DNA of 64,000 bases from a virus. The stretch lies in the IMG/VR virus record IMGVR_UViG_3300025229_000001; one strand, 5' to 3'. Each line of letters begins with the position of its first letter. Position 1 is the stretch's first letter. Position numbers and translations under genes: made by a program. Positions 38,317 to 46,549 of the stretch are shown here, in pieces. The notes under the pieces were generated by a model. The model worked only from the letters and a program-made list of their open reading frames with translations. It had not been told where the DNA came from and searched no databases.

Positions 38317-38410
38317 TCTTTACCTTGACTAGAGGTAGACCATTTGAGGGGCGCGGAAGATTGGCGGTCAAACCAACCGTGTCGGGAGCTACCCTATCCG
38401 CGCTCTGCAA

Positions 38411-38539
38411 TTATATCTGCTCCACGGCCTTCCTCAATTCATCCAGCCGGGCGATCATCGAAGCCCTCAGCGCCGGATCGATGTTTCGCATGCGCTCGAG
38501 ATCCAGTTCCAGGCTGTCGATTAGTTCTTGTGCGTTCAT
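38411..38539 (-). CDS. Small helical hypothetical protein (42 aa)
   Basis: Manual translation MNAQELIDSLELDLERMRNIDPALRASMIARLDELRKAVEQI. Confidence 0.45.
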   Translation of the reverse strand: MNAQELIDSLELDLERMRNIDPALRASMIARLDELRKAVEQI

Positions 38540-38557
38540 ATCGAATTCTCGCTGGCG

Positions 38558-38806
38558 TCAGTCGACCAGCTCGACCCTCATTGCAGAGGGAGTGGGGCAC
38601 CGGACGGCCGACACTGCACCGGCCCCAGCGGGGAGATCAAATAGGGATTCAGCACGTTTGCGTGCCTCGCTCCAGCCTTCGCGGACATGGAGCGTTCTCC
38701 GCTTCTCGGCGCGCTTCTCTGCGTTGGCCTGAGCCGCCTGCTTTTCCTCAAGGATGCGCTCGGGATTCCCGTACATTCGGGATTCGAGAGGAGAGGGAAA
38801 TCGCAT
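38558..38806 (-). CDS. Hypothetical protein, first late gene
   Basis: ORF right after the putative tR' terminator. Confidence 0.5.
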   Translation of the reverse strand: MRFPSPLESRMYGNPERILEEKQAAQANAEKRAEKRRTLHVREGWSEARKRAESLFDLPAGAGAVSAVRCPTPSAMRVELVD

Positions 38807-38822
38807 GACGGAGCCGGAAATG

Positions 38823-38858
38823 AAAAAGCCCCGCGCGGCTTTGGACCGGGCAGGGCTT
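38823..38858 (-). terminator. Putative tR'-like terminator
   Basis: AAGCCC...GGGCTT stem followed by U5 on minus strand. Confidence 0.55.
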
Positions 38859-38879
38859 CTGAAATTTATGTTGGCTCTA

Positions 38880-38906
38880 GACGTAACTCTAGGACCACGG
38901 TGTCAA
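38880..38906 (-). promoter_or_regulatory. Candidate late promoter pR'
   Basis: Exact TTGACA upstream of the terminator, but no well-spaced -10. Confidence 0.35.
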
Positions 38907-38921
38907 TACTGCCACAAACTT

Positions 38922-39323
38922 TTAGGGCTTGCAACAAATTTTGTATGCGCGATGCGACACAGCCTCTTTGTGTTGGTCGTCGCGTCCCCAGTACCGCTGG
39001 TCGCGCTCTTTCCGGGCTTGCTTGGCGGCATTTTGTGGGCCGTGGTAGTCGCGCGAATTCCCCAACTTGGTAGTCAGATAGACATTCCCCACCTTGTAGG
39101 GCCCGCTATCTTTTTCCCTAGCCATGCATAAGTCGTTAGCTCCACGCCCGCGCAAGTGAAAATGATCCTTCCAGATTCCCCACCATTCATCGAACGTCAT
39201 TTCGAAGGGTATTTCGCGTTCCTTGGCGCCATTGCGATGCGCTTGAAAGGCCTGCTTCGGGTTTCGTAAGCCCTTCTCTTTGCAGTACGCCCGTGCCTCG
39301 GCCAGCAAGATTTCGTCACTCAT
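38922..39323 (-). CDS. HNH-variant endonuclease (short form)
   Basis: REIPFEMTFDEWW.IW...RGRG...CMAR..D.GPY..GNV...T..GN; paralogous to the domain in 50031-51164. Confidence 0.65.
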   Translation of the reverse strand: MSDEILLAEARAYCKEKGLRNPKQAFQAHRNGAKEREIPFEMTFDEWWGIWKDHFHLRGRGANDLCMAREKDSGPYKVGNVYLTTKLGNSRDYHGPQNAAKQARKERDQRYWGRDDQHKEAVSHRAYKICCKP

Positions 39324-40048
39324 GCTGCCCACCCCAATTTCTTAGGCGTCGGCGGGACGGTTTCCAGCGTCGCCATGTCGATCAATGTGAAGTAGCCCTC
39401 ACGGAATACCGCGCCTGTATCGATGTGGTACACGTTGCCGAGCACGGCCGGGCGCTTGAGCGGTGTGTGGCCGACGATCAACGCACGAACATCAGGCACG
39501 CCTGAGACATCTTCCGACTGAATGCGATCGCGGCACCACAGCACATCTTGTGTGATTGCCTTGAGTTTATTGTTGCTGGTCACCCCAGCAAACCTAGCAA
39601 CCATCTCGCCCCACGATCCGCCAGACACATCGGCATGCACAATCCCAACAAGACCGTCAGCCGTTTCGACTTCAATGGCATAGGGCAGAGCGGCCAGCTC
39701 GATCGCGTACTCCTGCTGTTCGGGCATAGTCTTGCCGATCAGCCATGCGCCGCCGTTCGAGGCATAGTGGTATGGATCGCGGTTGCCTGGCGTGACGTAC
39801 CGAATCGCCATGTCCTCGTGATTCCCTTGGACGGCATGAAACCACGGCTTCGAGATCCACTCAAGCGCGAGCTCGGAGTCTGGCCCACGGTCCACCAAAT
39901 CGCCGACCGAGAACAACCTATCAGCCTTAGAGTCGAAGCCCATGCTGTCGAGCGTTGTTTGCAACAGCTTAAACATGCCGTGAATATCCCCTACGGCGAA
40001 GTCTCGGCCGATCATGTTCCGACCATAGTGGTGGACGAATGCGTTCAT
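39320..40048 (-). CDS. ninI: Ser/Thr protein phosphatase (lambda NinI-like)
   Basis: GDIHG, VGDLVDRG, GNHE, GHTP, IDTG motifs. Confidence 0.9.
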   Translation of the reverse strand: MNAFVHHYGRNMIGRDFAVGDIHGMFKLLQTTLDSMGFDSKADRLFSVGDLVDRGPDSELALEWISKPWFHAVQGNHEDMAIRYVTPGNRDPYHYASNGGAWLIGKTMPEQQEYAIELAALPYAIEVETADGLVGIVHADVSGGSWGEMVARFAGVTSNNKLKAITQDVLWCRDRIQSEDVSGVPDVRALIVGHTPLKRPAVLGNVYHIDTGAVFREGYFTLIDMATLETVPPTPKKLGWAA

Positions 40049-40452
40049 GCTGCGGCCTCCATCACCTTGATCAGCCTGCGCGCCGTGAACTTTGGCAGGA
40101 GCAACTCCTTCGATTCCTGATAGTACTGATGCGACTCTTCAGCACTCAGACGCGGATTTGAGAACACTGAGTATCCGGCTCGTTTATTGGCCATAGACAT
40201 CTGAATCGACGCTCTGTGCTGCCAGGTCGGCAGAGCATCGACACAGGCGTCCACAGTCTCGCCGTTCCGTTTAAATAGTTTCGCATCCACCGCCTCGGAT
40301 CTCTCCTGATCCGTCATGTGCTTCGCCGGGATCTCGTACTCACGGCACGTCGGCGAGCAGCGCGGGGCTCCAAGTGCAGGAGTGTACGAATCCTGCCAAC
40401 GGTGCCATTGGATCAAGAGTTCTTCAACTTGCTCGGATTGGTCTTGCGTCAT
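40045..40452 (-). CDS. Probable late antiterminator (Q-like)
   Basis: Position after nin genes and before late promoter; LLIQW.RW start, C-terminal helical DNA-binding-like segment. Confidence 0.55.
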   Translation of the reverse strand: MTQDQSEQVEELLIQWHRWQDSYTPALGAPRCSPTCREYEIPAKHMTDQERSEAVDAKLFKRNGETVDACVDALPTWQHRASIQMSMANKRAGYSVFSNPRLSAEESHQYYQESKELLLPKFTARRLIKVMEAAA

Positions 40453-40504
40453 TTAGAACCCCGCGCACTATCTGTTGTGGAAAACAACGCTTGTTAGCGT
40501 ATAT

Positions 40505-40533
40505 ATTGTACTTCAAATCAGTTCGCACTACAA
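40505..40533 (-). promoter_or_regulatory. Sigma70-type promoter upstream of Q-like gene
   Basis: TTGTAG-N17-TACAAT in an AT-rich gap. Confidence 0.55.
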
Positions 40534-40565
40534 ATTAACGGTACTGTCAATCACCCTTTTTGCGA

Positions 40566-40769
40566 TTATTCTTCGAGCCCTGTAACGCCGTACATGTACA
40601 TTGGCTCTGCCGGCTTCTCTACCTCTGTAACTGGCACACCCCGATACTTCCTCCGCTTCGTCGGCGCGACGTAGCGTGGACGGTGGAGGAGGTATAGGCC
40701 AACCAGACCACACATTGATACAACGCCAAGGGTGTAGCCAACCACTAGGCCGGGGACGAATGGGCTCAT
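40566..40769 (-). CDS. Small membrane protein
   Basis: N-terminal hydrophobic helix; ATGA overlap. Confidence 0.55.
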   Translation of the reverse strand: MSPFVPGLVVGYTLGVVSMCGLVGLYLLHRPRYVAPTKRRKYRGVPVTEVEKPAEPMYMYGVTGLEE

Positions 40770-40957
40770 GGATGCTCCCTTGATATGTTTTGTGCTGCCA
40801 GATCAATGACGTCCTGAAAGGTCGCATCACGCCAAACGGTGATCCACGGCTGCGACTCGGGAAGATGGCCGACCACGAATCGCCGCCGCCATTCGGATAC
40901 CTGCAACACCATTGTTTTGCGCCAACCGAGCCGATAGCGGGTGAGTCCGGTCAACAT
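40766..40957 (-). CDS. Hypothetical protein
   Basis: Coupled ORF in nin-type string. Confidence 0.55.
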   Translation of the reverse strand: MLTGLTRYRLGWRKTMVLQVSEWRRRFVVGHLPESQPWITVWRDATFQDVIDLAAQNISREHP

Positions 40958-41292
40958 GCTTTCTCCTTGCGTGCAACGATCGCGGCCGCGTTATAAAGAT
41001 CAATGGCACCCATTCCGAACTGCGCGAATAGCCCTTCGCACCGGCTCCGGAAAAACGCGTGAAACTCCCTAAGCGCCCGCACCTCTGCGATCAGGTCAAG
41101 GACTGCTTCGGGGTTCGCGGCGGCGATATACGATGCGTTCTGAGCGTATCCGTCATACATCCCCGACTTCGTGAGTGCCGTCACGATAGATCCGCCACGC
41201 CCAATCGGATGCACCCCGCCGTATGCGCTTGCTTCCCATGGCCCCGGCGTCGCCGCCTTCGCCAGCGCTTCAAGTTTGTCGATGTCGATCAT
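40951..41292 (-). CDS. Ead/Ea22-like protein
   Basis: DKLEALAKAATPGPW...NASYIAAANP. Confidence 0.8.
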   Translation of the reverse strand: MIDIDKLEALAKAATPGPWEASAYGGVHPIGRGGSIVTALTKSGMYDGYAQNASYIAAANPEAVLDLIAEVRALREFHAFFRSRCEGLFAQFGMGAIDLYNAAAIVARKEKAC

Positions 41293-41564
41293 TGCTGCAC
41301 CTTTGCGTCCAGCTCATGTTCCTTCTTCTCGCCGTAGTAGGCCGTCACTTTCTTGCCGCGCTTCAGTGCATCTTCGGCGACTTCTTCACTCCATCCGTCG
41401 ATCATGGTCGATTCCAGTGGCGACCATTTGATCTTCATGGCGATCGGTGTTTCGAGTTTTTCCCGAAGTGCCCGCACCTCAGCCTCCAGCGCCGCATAGT
41501 CCTCAAACTTCACAAAGCATCCATCATCACGCTCTGCGCACGACGTTCCGTATCGCTGAACCAT
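41289..41564 (-). CDS. Hypothetical protein
   Basis: AGGAG RBS before MVQRY; DGCFVKFEDY pattern. Confidence 0.6.
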   Translation of the reverse strand: MVQRYGTSCAERDDGCFVKFEDYAALEAEVRALREKLETPIAMKIKWSPLESTMIDGWSEEVAEDALKRGKKVTAYYGEKKEHELDAKVQQ

Positions 41565-41614
41565 GGTTGCTCCTATACCTTGCTGTTTGTTGTTAAGGGA
41601 TAGATGGGCGGGTT

Positions 41615-42196
41615 TCATGCTGCCTCCTTTTTGAGTTGACGGACTTGCTCTCTGTAGAACGCTTTCATTTCCAAGATCTCCGGCAAGGTGAGCTTTAACG
41701 GGAGATGAGGACCCTCGAGTCGCTCGACCTCTGCCAGGCCGATTTTCTTGATGAGATTGATGCGGTACAAAACCAGGTTTCCCGACAAATGCACGTTGCA
41801 CGGATCGCATTGTTTATTTACGTTGGCCGGATCGAAGCGACTGGCGGGGTTGGAGCCAACACTGCGGTAATGTCCGGCGTCCCATTGCCCTCGCCATGAC
41901 GCCGGCCGTCCACAAGAGATACACGGCAAGCCAGCGTCCCGCATCCGGATCCAAGCATTGAATGCCGCCTGCAATTCCTTCAGATGGGCGCCTCGCGTTT
42001 TCGCTTTCTCCAATGCCTCACGCAGCGACTTCCGCTCATCCCGTTTTGCGCGTGCTGCTTTTTGCTCTGCCAGCTTCCTCGCCCACTCGAGCGAGCAGGG
42101 CACGCTGCAGACCTTGCTCATACTCCGGATTGGCGTGTAGACGCGCTTGCACACGTGGCACTTCTTTGGCTTGAGCGACGGTTTGCCGAACGTCAT
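41615..42196 (-). CDS. ninG: NinG/Rap structure-specific endonuclease
   Basis: KKCHVC; CISCG...WDAGHYRS...NVNKQCDPCN..LSGN. Confidence 0.9.
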   Translation of the reverse strand: MTFGKPSLKPKKCHVCKRVYTPIRSMSKVCSVPCSLEWARKLAEQKAARAKRDERKSLREALEKAKTRGAHLKELQAAFNAWIRMRDAGLPCISCGRPASWRGQWDAGHYRSVGSNPASRFDPANVNKQCDPCNVHLSGNLVLYRINLIKKIGLAEVERLEGPHLPLKLTLPEILEMKAFYREQVRQLKKEAA

Positions 42197-42651
42197 GCAA
42201 ACTCCTTCGCCAGCGTCTCGTACCCATGCGCCGCCGTTTCCGACCACAGAACCTCGTTCTCGGCGCCAAAGGCAAACAGCCACTCAATAAAGGCGCTGGC
42301 CTCGGCCTTCCGGAATCCACGCGTCTGAACGCCAAGCTGCACGATGCCGGTCCCGTCGAGACTCGGCACCACGGATCCGCTGTTGTGTAGTGGGGTGCCT
42401 GCGACCTTCATATCGCGCACGAACTGATCGACCAACAGGCGCTTCATGTCTTCGCGATCCCACTGGCGGCCAAGCAATGGCACCTGTGCTGCGATGTCAC
42501 CGATCATCGCGTGATAGCGGGCTTCCTGATCGCGGGACTTCGGTGCGGGCTTCACCTCGCATACGAACCCGTCAGGCGCATTGATGACAGCACGGCTTGC
42601 CATCTGGCGGGCTGTCGCATGGACGAGACGGAAAAGCTGTCTGTCACTCAT
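42193..42651 (-). CDS. ninB: NinB recombination protein
   Basis: KSRDQEARYHAMIGDIA, EDMK, FIEWLFAFGAE. Confidence 0.88.
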   Translation of the reverse strand: MSDRQLFRLVHATARQMASRAVINAPDGFVCEVKPAPKSRDQEARYHAMIGDIAAQVPLLGRQWDREDMKRLLVDQFVRDMKVAGTPLHNSGSVVPSLDGTGIVQLGVQTRGFRKAEASAFIEWLFAFGAENEVLWSETAAHGYETLAKEFA

Positions 42652-42937
42652 CGCAGTCAATCCCCCGGTTCATGCTCTGCATCCATTCTTCGTCGGCTTT
42701 CCGATAAGCCTTCCGAATCGCCTCATCGGAATGCACGACTGCGGCGGCCACAAGAAAGATTGAAACGGGATATGTCACCATTGCCAACGCCCAGAGAGCC
42801 AGTTGCGCCGCCACATAAACGAACTCACCGACCGCTCGGCGGATCTCGTCCGGGAAGTCGCCACGGAAAGGACCGAGCGGGAGGCCGATTGCAGACTCAC
42901 GGAGTGCTGCGAGATATCTTTTCGTTTTATCGCTCAC
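42644..42937 (-). CDS. Hypothetical membrane protein
   Basis: Central hydrophobic segment; coupled ORF. Confidence 0.55.
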   Translation of the reverse strand: MSDKTKRYLAALRESAIGLPLGPFRGDFPDEIRRAVGEFVYVAAQLALWALAMVTYPVSIFLVAAAVVHSDEAIRKAYRKADEEWMQSMNRGIDCDE

Positions 42938-43437
42938 GCTGCCTCCCGATTCGACGTTTCGATATGTCTCGCGTCATCCTCGCGTGCAGCGTGTTCGGTC
43001 ATGCCGGCGCTGTCTGCGATCGTGTAATGCCGCGGATCTTTACTGGCGTGCAGCGCCTTCAATCGAGCGACGTGCGGCGTGAGCGCATCGAGCATCGCGT
43101 GATAGCCACCGGACACCATGCGATCGTCATTGAGCTTGCCTGCGGCCTCCGCGTCTACCAGGATGGCGAGGCAGGCGAGGGCGTGAGCAAAGTGGGGAAG
43201 GCCGCTGTCGACATCGTTGTCTTGCCCTTCGAACCACTTGTCAAGATGACGCTTGGCTGCGTCGACATAGATCGACGCGCGGACACCGGCAACGCGCCAG
43301 TTTGAGCGGCCATATTTGAGCATTCCGTCCAACAGACCCAGGGAGCCGAGCGCGGTTGCGGTCGCCGGCCACAGATGCAACGGCAATTTCCCGGACCCGA
43401 TAGCGTCTTTGGGATTGGTGTTCTTAAGTTCGCTCAC
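42934..43437 (-). CDS. dATP/dGTP diphosphohydrolase domain protein (DUF5664-like)
   Basis: NPKD...K.PLHL...GMLKYGRSNWR...AAKRH...D.DSGLPH.AHA.AC. Confidence 0.85.
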   Translation of the reverse strand: MSELKNTNPKDAIGSGKLPLHLWPATATALGSLGLLDGMLKYGRSNWRVAGVRASIYVDAAKRHLDKWFEGQDNDVDSGLPHFAHALACLAILVDAEAAGKLNDDRMVSGGYHAMLDALTPHVARLKALHASKDPRHYTIADSAGMTEHAAREDDARHIETSNREAA

Positions 43438-43628
43438 GCGGCCTCCTTCTTGTCCATGTACTCGCGCGTAGCCTCGTTTTCGAGTTCCTCTACCTTGTGG
43501 CCAAGTTCGTAGATCAAACGGATCACGGCACCGTCCTTGAAGCCCTTTGCCGAAGCCTCTTCGATCTGCTGCGATAACTGGCGAACGCGCACGATCAGTT
43601 CGGACGCGGTAGTGGATGTGTAGGTCAT
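43434..43628 (-). CDS. Small coiled-coil hypothetical protein
   Basis: Coupled ORF. Confidence 0.55.
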   Translation of the reverse strand: MTYTSTTASELIVRVRQLSQQIEEASAKGFKDGAVIRLIYELGHKVEELENEATREYMDKKEAA

Positions 43629-43939
43629 GCTTCCTCCGGGATCAGATCAGCCAAGTGGAAAACCTTGAGCCCCATCCTGTCGGCGGCCATTCGTTCAATC
43701 TTTGCGCCGTATGAATTGGTCCAGCCGGGCAATAAGCAAATAGCCGTGCAACCTCTCATCGCGAGAAGGTCAGCAGCGATGCAATCGAGCCAATCAGCGC
43801 TTTCATCCGGATTGATCTCGACGGGATTTACAACTTCCCAGCGAAGATTGCGCAGTCGTACAGCGACGCGATTGAACAACGGGAAATTGAGGCGGGGCAG
43901 CCCCGTCATCGGCCCGGAGATGTAGATTCGACCTTTCAT
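43625..43939 (-). CDS. DUF4406 / nucleoside deoxyribosyltransferase-like protein
   Basis: IYISGPMTG...NF..F...VVNP...LLPGW..S.GA..E. Confidence 0.85.
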   Translation of the reverse strand: MKGRIYISGPMTGLPRLNFPLFNRVAVRLRNLRWEVVNPVEINPDESADWLDCIAADLLAMRGCTAICLLPGWTNSYGAKIERMAADRMGLKVFHLADLIPEEA

Positions 43940-44118
43940 GCATGTTCCTTTTGATTGTTGTCGTTCTGTGCCGCGATCGCCCGGCGCTGTGCTTCCTGAA
44001 GCCGACGTGCGTACTTATCCGGCGAGCAAAACACGCCATCCTCAGCCATCCAGTCAAGCATCTGGCGGTGCGTTAGCCCGATGACGAGTTGGGTGGGCTC
44101 TTTGAGTTCAGTGCTCAT
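43936..44118 (-). CDS. Hypothetical protein (60 aa)
   Basis: Start moved to MSTELK for ATGA overlap. Confidence 0.5.
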   Translation of the reverse strand: MSTELKEPTQLVIGLTHRQMLDWMAEDGVFCSPDKYARRLQEAQRRAIAAQNDNNQKEHA

Positions 44119-44510
44119 ATGAAATCTCTCCGACGTGCCGTCCGGCAGCACAAGTAATCCAACGAGGTGTTCAGTTGTTTTGCGAGTTCGATTAATTGCC
44201 AATAGTGCGGAAGCTTCTGATCGGCTTCGTAATTCCAGATGCTCCGAGCGCTTACGCGTGCTTGCTGAGCCAATTCCTCTTGCGATAGCTTCAGTCGCTT
44301 GCGCAGCTTGGCGAGGCGCTTGCCAAAGGTCTCGCTAGACATGGGAGGCGCCGATTTGCGCTTGATCGTGCGATGGCATTCGACGCAATTCATGTTGCAC
44401 ACGAACCTCGGTGCGATATGTCCGCGCTTGCATGGGACGCCTGTTTCGTATGTGGATTTACCCGCAGCTTGAGCAGCTTTGCGAATATCAGCGGCGTTCG
44501 CGGCTCTCAT
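44115..44510 (-). CDS. Zn-ribbon plus XRE HTH protein
   Basis: PCKRGH...CVEC, then RLAKLRKRLKLSQEELA...WNYE. Confidence 0.75.
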   Translation of the reverse strand: MRAANAADIRKAAQAAGKSTYETGVPCKRGHIAPRFVCNMNCVECHRTIKRKSAPPMSSETFGKRLAKLRKRLKLSQEELAQQARVSARSIWNYEADQKLPHYWQLIELAKQLNTSLDYLCCRTARRRDFI

Positions 44511-44890
44511 CGACTGCCTCCATGGGCATGTCCCGATCGCACCATCGCGTTGATGGTCTGGACAAGCAGGGCATCTGCTTTCGGAAACCATGAGCCATCG
44601 TCGCGAAACAGGTTGTCTGAGATTCGCTCGTATTCTTCGTCCGAGACTCCAAGTGATTCGGCGGTCAGGTAAAAGAGTCGAGGCTTGGAGCCGTTCATCA
44701 GCCCGCGCTCCTGCTCTTGCACTTGCTCAAAGAGAACGCCAAGGTTCAGCATCAACTCAACACGAATGGATTCCTGGCCCCAATCCAACATCTGAGCTAG
44801 CGCCTGGATGGTCAGCGGGCCATTGGCTTTCAGCGCCTCGATCATTGCCTTGCGGCGCTTTTCTTTGTGCAGGTTGCCTTTGCGGTTCAT
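44507..44890 (-). CDS. Winged-HTH-like hypothetical protein
   Basis: EALKANGPLTIQALA; ATGA overlaps. Confidence 0.55.
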   Translation of the reverse strand: MNRKGNLHKEKRRKAMIEALKANGPLTIQALAQMLDWGQESIRVELMLNLGVLFEQVQEQERGLMNGSKPRLFYLTAESLGVSDEEYERISDNLFRDDGSWFPKADALLVQTINAMVRSGHAHGGSR

Positions 44891-45222
44891 GCGACCTCCC
44901 AATCGCTACCGAGCGAACGATATTCAACGGTCTTGCCAGCGCCCTTTGCCGCTGCAATGCCGTAATCCATGCCCTTGCTAATGCCCCGGTCGGTGTAGAC
45001 GACGGAGCCGTGAGCGACGGCGCGCCATGCGAGCCCAGCATCAATGCCGTGCTGGCGCTCCGCAGGGATGTCGTCGTTCAGCACACCCGGTTGGGTGTAA
45101 AGCAAGTGCGATGCAATCGGCGCTTCGCCGCGAAGGAGCGAATCACGCACGCACGCGCGGGCATATTCGATGTTCTTTTCAACGTCGCCCGCAAACGGGC
45201 TTTCCAGAATGACCAGTTTCAT
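44887..45222 (-). CDS. Second NDT-like/Rossmannoid small protein
   Basis: VILESPFAG...APIASHLLY...GISKGM pattern. Confidence 0.7.
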   Translation of the reverse strand: MKLVILESPFAGDVEKNIEYARACVRDSLLRGEAPIASHLLYTQPGVLNDDIPAERQHGIDAGLAWRAVAHGSVVYTDRGISKGMDYGIAAAKGAGKTVEYRSLGSDWEVA

Positions 45223-46379
45223 GCGACCTCCAATTGAAGCCCCGGCTGGCGCAGTCGGTCGCGCTGCAACGGCTCATAGTCTTTGTTAAGTTCCGTTCCG
45301 ATGAAGTGGCGGCCAAGGTTTTGCGCAACTTGGCCTGTCGTGCCGCTGCCGAAGAAGGGGTCGAAAACGATGTCGCCAACACGCGAACCAGCCAGTACAC
45401 ATGGCTCGACGAGAGCAGACGGGAACGTGGCGAAGTGCGCACCAGGATAAGCCTCGGTCGCTATCGTCCAGACGCTGCGACGATTCGCCGTGTCGAGATT
45501 CATGGCGACCTCAGTTACATCTCGCCCTTCGCGGTTAGCGCGGCCCGTGCCTTCCGGGCGGCTTTGTCCTTGACCGCGCATTGCATTACGCCCCGCCTTT
45601 TTTCCTTTCTCGCGTCCGCTGGGATGAAATGAACCGTGCGCGCCCGGGCCGGTATTCCAGCCATCAGGCATCTTGTATTTGTCGCGCGCCTTGAAATCCA
45701 TCGTTTCGAAGGATTTCAATTTCGTCTCGACGCTAACTGGCGTGCGGATAGCTGCTTGATCGTAGAAATATCGTTCGCTTTTGGAGAGCAGGAAAACGTA
45801 TTCGTGCGCCTTCGTGCACCGATCCTTGATCGACTCCGGCATCGGATTGGGCTTGTGCCAAATAATGTCTTGGCGCAGATACCAGCCGGCGTCCTGCAGC
45901 GCGAACGCGAGGCGCCACGGTTGGCCCATCAGATCCTTTGGCTTCAGCCCTTCGTCGCGGATTGTTCCCGTCTGTGTCGCTTTGCGCTGCGATGCCGCCA
46001 CTTGGCGGGCGCTCAGTGCCGACACACCGACGCCGGAGTACTCGCGCCCCTGGCTGCCCCATGAGCCAGCGTATGCGTCTCCCATGTTGACCCAAGCCGT
46101 ACCGTCTTCGGCGAGCAGCTGGCGGCAGAGTTCGAAGACGTCGACCATCGTCGCGATGAATTCTTTAAGCGTAGGCTCACTGCCGAGCTCATGCCCTTTA
46201 TCTTCGTGGCCTTCCGGCAGGTACGACCGCAAGCCCCAGTAGGGCGGCGACGTCACAATCGTCTGCACCTTCACGCCGTCAGCGATCATCGCGCGCATCG
46301 TTTCGCGGCAATCGCCGAAGTGGCAGTTGTCAAGCCACTTAGTACTACTACCTACGGTCAACTCAATTCTCTTCGTCAT
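45219..46379 (-). CDS. Amino-DNA methyltransferase (N4C/N6A, beta class)
   Basis: TSPPYW before DPFFGSGTT; IIWHKPNPMP, HFATFP. Confidence 0.92.
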   Translation of the reverse strand: MTKRIELTVGSSTKWLDNCHFGDCRETMRAMIADGVKVQTIVTSPPYWGLRSYLPEGHEDKGHELGSEPTLKEFIATMVDVFELCRQLLAEDGTAWVNMGDAYAGSWGSQGREYSGVGVSALSARQVAASQRKATQTGTIRDEGLKPKDLMGQPWRLAFALQDAGWYLRQDIIWHKPNPMPESIKDRCTKAHEYVFLLSKSERYFYDQAAIRTPVSVETKLKSFETMDFKARDKYKMPDGWNTGPGAHGSFHPSGREKGKKAGRNAMRGQGQSRPEGTGRANREGRDVTEVAMNLDTANRRSVWTIATEAYPGAHFATFPSALVEPCVLAGSRVGDIVFDPFFGSGTTGQVAQNLGRHFIGTELNKDYEPLQRDRLRQPGLQLEVA

Positions 46380-46390
46380 CTCGCCACCCC

Positions 46391-46549
46391 TTACCGTTTT
46401 CTCTTTTCCCAGAGGGTCAACAACCCCGCCTTTACCTGCTGCGCTTCCTCGGCATTTGTCATCGCCAAATTCGCGATGTATGCTCGACGCGCCTCAAGGG
46501 TCCATCCGGCGATTTCCTCGAGCACTTCAGCCGGTTGGGCGGGAGTCAT
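46391..46549 (-). CDS. Small hypothetical protein (52 aa)
   Basis: Not in ORF track; MTPAQPAEVLEEIAGW..., ATGA overlap with dnaB stop. Confidence 0.6.
   Translation of the reverse strand: MTPAQPAEVLEEIAGWTLEARRAYIANLAMTNAEEAQQVKAGLLTLWEKRKR

Noticed and set aside
42934-45222. Complete Z-base or 7-deazaguanine pathway
   Set aside because: No PurZ, DatZ, DpdA, FolE/Que or phage DNA polymerase in the window.
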